DNA from: Candidatus Versatilivorator sp. | GTDB taxonomy: Bacteria; Acidobacteriota; Terriglobia; Versatilivoradales; Versatilivoraceae | DNA: 64,000 nt | Assembly: GCA_965207735.1 (NCBI GenBank) | Contig: OZ242296.1 | Location: 4,192,001-4,256,000 of the forward strand | Direction: 5' to 3' | Shown: piece after piece, positions 59,374-64,000 of the stretch | Position numbering within the stretch: position 1 is the first letter of the stretch | Layout: the number at the start of each line of letters is the position of its first letter | The notes under the pieces: generated by a model | The model's input: the letters and a program-made list of their open reading frames with translations, nothing else | The model's database searches: none | Told to the model about the DNA's origin: nothing | Translations under genes and position numbers: made by a program

Positions 59374-59804
59374 GTCGACGATTTCCGGCTCCGGGGGTCA
59401 AGGAAGTGGCGTCGTATGGGTGGCCACCTTTCAGACGGGGGGTGGCTCACACAGGTGGCGCACCAAGTGGCTCACGCACTTGACCAACACAACGCCTTTC
59501 TCTCAGAGGGCGAAGTCCTCCTCATTGTGGTCCAGGTTGTGCCCGGAAACCCGCATTGGAAGCGGGTTGGCAAGGATTCTCCGAATCCTCTTCGGCAAAG
59601 CTCCGTGCGGCGCCGGCTTGAGTTGTCCCCGCCTCGCACGGCGCGTCGTGGCGCCGCACAGGAGGGGGAGGAAGTGGAGGGAGCGACCCCCCCTTTTTGG
59701 CCGCTGGTGCGCCACGGGGGAGGGCAAAGGGGGACAGGGGTCCGGACACCCTTTGCCCCCCTTGCGGGGAGGTCGCTCTCACCACAGTGATCCCTACGGG
59801 AAGG
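59374..59804 (-). repeat. Integrase-associated folded non-coding element, copy 3 (inverted)
   Basis: Reverse complement starts CCTTCCCGTAGGGATCACTGTGGTGAGAGCGACCTCCCCGCAAGGGGGGCAAAGGG, nearly identical to copy 1; shares CCTCTGAGAGAAAGGCGTTGTG and CTTGACCCCC blocks. Confidence 0.85.
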
Positions 59805-60126
59805 TTGTCAGACAGGCTCGGGCAGCCGGGCACGATGGCTCTTGCTACCGACGGCCAGCGTCGGCAATGCAGCCGGGGTTGGATCGGATTTTTCGTTAGC
59901 CTTGAGCTGGTCCAGGTAATCGGCCCACAATTGCATCATCTCTCGCCTCTGCTGCAAATGAGCCGTGCGGTTGTAAGCCCGCCCAAGAGGATCTCGCACT
60001 ACATGTGCCAACTGGTGCTCAATGACGTCAGGACGAAAGCCCAGCACTTCATCGAGGTGGGTTCTTGCCATGGCCCGAAAGCCGTGCCCCGTCATTTCCT
60101 CCTTGCCAATGCCCATGCGCCTTAGG

Positions 60127-62055
60127 CCGAAGTTCCTGACCCACCGACAAGATAACTCCTTTATCTTCAATCATCAATCAGGAATCTCAGGTTGTCTTGC
60201 CTGGGAACATCCTGATGAGCTCGAAGGCCCTTTGCTGTAGCGGGGTCGGCTCGGTCAATCGCTGGACTCGCGGACCATCGGGTTCGGAGGGCAATCGGCA
60301 CTGGTGGCGGGCCCGCGTCGCCATCTGCGCCATCAACGTCTCCAGGCTCTGCAGCGGCAAGCCGTCCTCGGTGAGGCGTTTGCTCTTCTTCCGTTTGGCG
60401 GAGTCCGACGGCTGGGCCGCCAGCACCGGGTCTCGCCGTGCCCGTTCCGCTTCCAACTCCTCGTCATCGAACAGCAACGGAGCCAGGGCCAGCCGCAGAT
60501 GCCACTGAACGTAATAGGCCAGCAGGCACAGGAACAGATGAGCCCGCACCCGGCTCTCCACCCGATGACGGATGGGGCGGATGTGCAGGTCGACGGTCTT
60601 GAGGGAGCGGAAGGCCCGCTCCACCCGCGTCAGGTCCTTGTAGCGGCGCACCACCGCGGCTGTTGGCAGGCGATCGGCTGGCTCGCTGGTCCTCAGCATG
60701 TAGAACCCGTCCAGTTGCGCCTCCCGGATGATGGCGTCGGTGCGCCGTTCATAGTGGAAGGACCCGTCTGCGATCTGGGTCCGGAAGTGTTTGGCCACCT
60801 GGAAGCGGTTCTTGACCCGGCCGACTTTCTCGGCGATCTCGGTCGCCGACAAGGGCGTGCGGGTCCGTCTGGCCACCTGGCGGGCGATTCCGGCCAGCGC
60901 CTCCTCGGTGGCTGTCAGCAAAGCCTCCCGCTTCCGCCGCCGATGCTCGGCCAGCAGCGGGTTGTGGCAGACGATGAGCCTCTCGCCCGGATAGTCCGGG
61001 CTGCGGACTTCGGCCAGATGACGCTCGTCGAACAGGGAGAGCTGAACCGCCTCGCTCTCCACCAGACGGCGTATCTGGTGGTGGCGCAGGGCTGAGACCC
61101 ACCCCACTCCCGGATGACGCTTCAGATGGCTGATCTGCGTCTCGGTCAGCAGCCCGCGGTCCCCCACCAGCACCACCCGCTCCAGACCAAACCGACCCCG
61201 CACCTTCTCCACCTGATCCCCCACCGTGGTCGGATCCCCCGTGTTGCCGGCATAGGCCTGCACCGACAGCGGCCGCCCCATCTGGTCGGCCAGCACCCCG
61301 TAGACCACCATGGGCCGGTCCCGCCTGCCGTCCCGGTTGTGGCCGAACTGCATCAGCGAGCAGGTCTGGCCTTCGTAGTAACTGCTGCTGACGTCATAGA
61401 GCACCGCATCCCCTTCCGCCAGGTGCCGCTTGGCCAGCTTGCGCTCAATCCGGTCCTGACGCTCCAGCAACCAGTCCATGGCCTCATAGAGATCGTCCTC
61501 GTCGGTGTCCTCAAGGGACAGTTCCTCACCCAACGTGGTGGTGTGCCAAAGACGGGTGGTGGCCAGCTTGGAGGCCGGATAGAGCAGACGCTGCAGGATC
61601 ATGGCCAAGACCCGGTCCCGTTGGGGAGAGGGTCGGGAATCGATCAGCGCCGGCAGCTTCAGCTGCCGCACCACTTCCAGCAGCAACTCGACGTGGCCAT
61701 GAGGCAGGGAGCGTTCGATGGCGAAGAGTTGGTCGGGATGGACCAGGGGTTCGTTCTTGAGCACGCGCCGGAGGCGCTCGATCTTGTCCTTGGGCCAATG
61801 GGAGAGATTGGCCAGGGTGCGTTTATGGACCTTTTTACCCTCACGGCGGCCTTCGCGCAGGAGGATGGCAGGGGGAGAGTTGCGGTTGGGGACGGTTTCG
61901 ACGTACATGGGACTACGATATCACATACAACTATCATGTCAAGATAAATGCTAATCATATACATGGGAACAACACTCCACACGCCTCAATCCTCTTCCCC
62001 AAGAAAACAAATGGCTTAAGGCGATTTTTTGGGTGTAAAATGGGAGGAACTTCGG
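60127..62055 (-). mobile_element. IS1634-family insertion sequence, 1929 bp
   Basis: IRs CCGAAGTTCCT (60127) and AGGAACTTCGG (ends 62055); 6-bp target duplication CTTAGG at 60121-60126 and 62056-62061. Confidence 0.92.
60187..61908 (-). CDS. IS1634-family transposase
   Basis: MYVETVPNRNSPPAILLRE, LYDVSSSYYEG, VGDRG, VERAFRSLK and RVRAHLFLCLLAYY. Confidence 0.92.
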   Translation of the reverse strand: MYVETVPNRNSPPAILLREGRREGKKVHKRTLANLSHWPKDKIERLRRVLKNEPLVHPDQLFAIERSLPHGHVELLLEVVRQLKLPALIDSRPSPQRDRVLAMILQRLLYPASKLATTRLWHTTTLGEELSLEDTDEDDLYEAMDWLLERQDRIERKLAKRHLAEGDAVLYDVSSSYYEGQTCSLMQFGHNRDGRRDRPMVVYGVLADQMGRPLSVQAYAGNTGDPTTVGDQVEKVRGRFGLERVVLVGDRGLLTETQISHLKRHPGVGWVSALRHHQIRRLVESEAVQLSLFDERHLAEVRSPDYPGERLIVCHNPLLAEHRRRKREALLTATEEALAGIARQVARRTRTPLSATEIAEKVGRVKNRFQVAKHFRTQIADGSFHYERRTDAIIREAQLDGFYMLRTSEPADRLPTAAVVRRYKDLTRVERAFRSLKTVDLHIRPIRHRVESRVRAHLFLCLLAYYVQWHLRLALAPLLFDDEELEAERARRDPVLAAQPSDSAKRKKSKRLTEDGLPLQSLETLMAQMATRARHQCRLPSEPDGPRVQRLTEPTPLQQRAFELIRMFPGKTT

Positions 62056-62468
62056 CTTAGGGCGGCCAGAACGGCATTCTCGCTCATGGGTCGGTCTCCT
62101 CTGGGAGTCCGACCGCTCGGAAAGACATAGCGTCCCTGTCCGGTCAACGGGTAGAGTTCGCGCAGAACCCCCACCGCCTGGCGGGAAAGGGGCACCAGAT
62201 GCTGGGAATCGGTCTTGATGACGGTGAAGCGCCATTCGGCCGTTTCCAGGTCGATATCGGACCATTCGGCTCGGCGGAGTTCGCCGGGCCGGACGAAAAC
62301 CAATGGGGTCAGTCTGAGGGCACAGCGCACAATCAGTGATCCCTCGTAGCCGTCCAGGACTCTCAGCAATGGGCCAATTTTCTTGGGATCGGTCAGGGCA
62401 GCGAAGTGCCCTCCCTTCACAGGTGGCAAGGCACCTCGCAAGACCTGGAGGCTACTGTAGATGTTTCG

Positions 62469-62580
62469 TAAACCGTTGATTTATATAAATCAAAGATCTT
62501 TGATTAGATTGGGTTGCCCCCACAGTTGCCCCTGGATCATTGGGAGTAACAGCCACCCTCCCAACAGCCACCCTCCCAAC
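62469..62580. promoter_or_regulatory. att-like end: IHF consensus, two overlapping palindromes, direct repeats
   Basis: AATCAACGGTTTA on - strand (62469-62481) matches WATCAANNNNTTR; perfect palindromes at 62476-62493 and 62488-62505; GTTGCCCC twice; AACAGCCACCCTCCC twice (62548-62577). Confidence 0.6.
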
Positions 62581-62674
62581 GGCCTCATGGTTCCCGGCGG
62601 CGTCATGTTCTGCCCGGCGCTCACACCTGCAACAATGCCAGCAACGCACTCCGCGTTACTGGCCCGCCGTTGCT

Positions 62675-63499
62675 TCACTCCGGTGACACAGCAACCTCAA
62701 CATCGGAGAGCTTAATTTCAGGCAACTCCTGGACGGGATCATATTCGGTTTCCGCCACCCGGCAGATGATCCTCCTGATGACCTCCATCAGGAAACGGCG
62801 TTCCACGTCCGTGAGGGGAACCAGATCAGTAGGGGAGCGGTACGCCTTCCTGGCCTCGTTACGACTGCCTCTCTCAGACGAGAGTTCTCCGATCTTGTCC
62901 AGAACTTCCGGCTCGATGCGAAATTTCTCGGCAGCCTGTTTGCGCTTTTGGCTACGCCTCCGCTTGTGTTGCTGGTCAGATTGACTGACCGATGCCTCCA
63001 AGACAGTCAGACAGAAATAGGCCATGCTCGCCAATGGCTCCTTACCTGCACGACTATGAATGAAGCGGTCGTGCATGCTTTGCGCATTTGAAGAGACGTG
63101 CTTGAAGGTTGATGGCGGCGCGGGGTAGGGACGGGGAGTGATCACCGTCAGTTCGCCCTGCACATTCGGCGGCGGAACCACCAAATCGCCACGGAGGCTA
63201 ACCTTACCCGGCGTTGGTTTCCGGTCCTCAATCTTGTAATCCCTGAAGACCAGCTTGAACACCTTGGGTCCGTATTTAAGACTCGCAGAGAACTCCCACG
63301 CGCAAATGAAATTGCGAACGGCTTCCTGGGCCTCATTTGCCGACGCATAGTGCGCCTTCATCTCGAAGCGGACCTGCTCCTGCTCTGCGTGGACGCGAAA
63401 CGCCTCTTCCTCGTGATGGTATGGCTTCGCGTCACTGTAATCTACAGACCGGTCGGGCTTGATCTTGTAAAGCAGCGAGACGACGTGCGGGTCGTTCAT
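62675..63499 (-). CDS. Hypothetical island protein
   Basis: Long ORF with likely start MNDPHVV; helical C-terminal half (EPLASMAYFCLTVLE...LDKIGELSSERG...ARK); family not recognised. Confidence 0.65.
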   Translation of the reverse strand: MNDPHVVSLLYKIKPDRSVDYSDAKPYHHEEEAFRVHAEQEQVRFEMKAHYASANEAQEAVRNFICAWEFSASLKYGPKVFKLVFRDYKIEDRKPTPGKVSLRGDLVVPPPNVQGELTVITPRPYPAPPSTFKHVSSNAQSMHDRFIHSRAGKEPLASMAYFCLTVLEASVSQSDQQHKRRRSQKRKQAAEKFRIEPEVLDKIGELSSERGSRNEARKAYRSPTDLVPLTDVERRFLMEVIRRIICRVAETEYDPVQELPEIKLSDVEVAVSPE

Positions 63500-64000
63500 C
63501 GGTAGTAGACCTGTTCGGTTTCTCCGATCTGCTTGCACACCTACCAGAAGACGCGGGGAGACTCTGAATGCCCCACAATTCGTGATCCTAGCCGGCCTGG
63601 CTGGGCAGCTACCTTGAAAATACTGCCTGGGCGAATTTCGACCCTTTACGGCCGGGAAAGAGGTCCGGAAATGCTCGCCTCCCGCACCAGAGGCCGCAAA
63701 TGCGCCAGGATGTCCGGCTCCACTTCCTACAGTGGCGAAAGCCAGTCTTGGCCGGTGTCGATTGTCCGCTGAATCAACAGCCCGGTAGCCGACTCGGTGG
63801 TAGAAAGTTCACGCCATTCTCCACGGCTTCGCCAAGGTAGGCCAACTCCTGCCAACTCCACAGGCGGAGAGTGAAGAACTCGCAAAAACCGCAACATGCG
63901 AGGGGTGACTCAATCAATATTGGGGAATTATATACCTAAGTAACGAGGGATTATTGAAAGCATCCAGACGTAAGGTGAAAAACAATGTTGGCAATCGTTG

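Larger units (their letters stand above)
59808..62450 (-). pseudogene. P4-like tyrosine integrase 3, interrupted by IS1634 and 5'-truncated
   Basis: Removing the IS joins ...PMSENAVLAAL|RRMGIGKEEMTGHGFRAMARTHLDE...QLAH...RAYNR in frame; FVRPGELR is present; the N-terminal half is missing beyond ~62450. Confidence 0.9.

Noticed and set aside
63540-64000. Possible gene at the right edge
   Set aside because: No convincing ORF or motif within the window.

Overview
GC-rich bacterial window. The DUF1501/DUF1549/DUF1553 gene content resembles Acidobacteria or PVC-type genomes (inference only). 1-40 kb is mostly core or metabolic: gnd, two DUF1501 + DUF1549/1553 cytochrome-c operons, addAB-like helicase-nuclease genes, an IS cluster (IS1182, IS630, IS4 remnant), a one-polypeptide kinase-regulator, an acylase, a sirtuin, TauD, a TonB receptor, an acyl-CoA ligase and vapBC. 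40.5-64 kb is a nested genomic island with three P4-like tyrosine integrases, one of them split by an IS1634. Each integrase is followed by a homologous ~400-nt non-coding element with compensatory base changes and cGNAg loops. Two inverted copies of this element bracket an ~11.6-kb defence-like cargo: a SEC-C protein, a 1486-aa reverse transcriptase-nitrilase fusion (UG/Abi class, DRT1/UG1-like) followed at once by a four-hairpin candidate ncRNA, and a 1658-aa Mrr-helicase-methylase (Type ISP-like) enzyme. The best candidates for a new system are (i) the integrase-linked folded element and (ii) the RT-nitrilase plus its downstream structured RNA. All calls come from manual motif reading; no searches were run.
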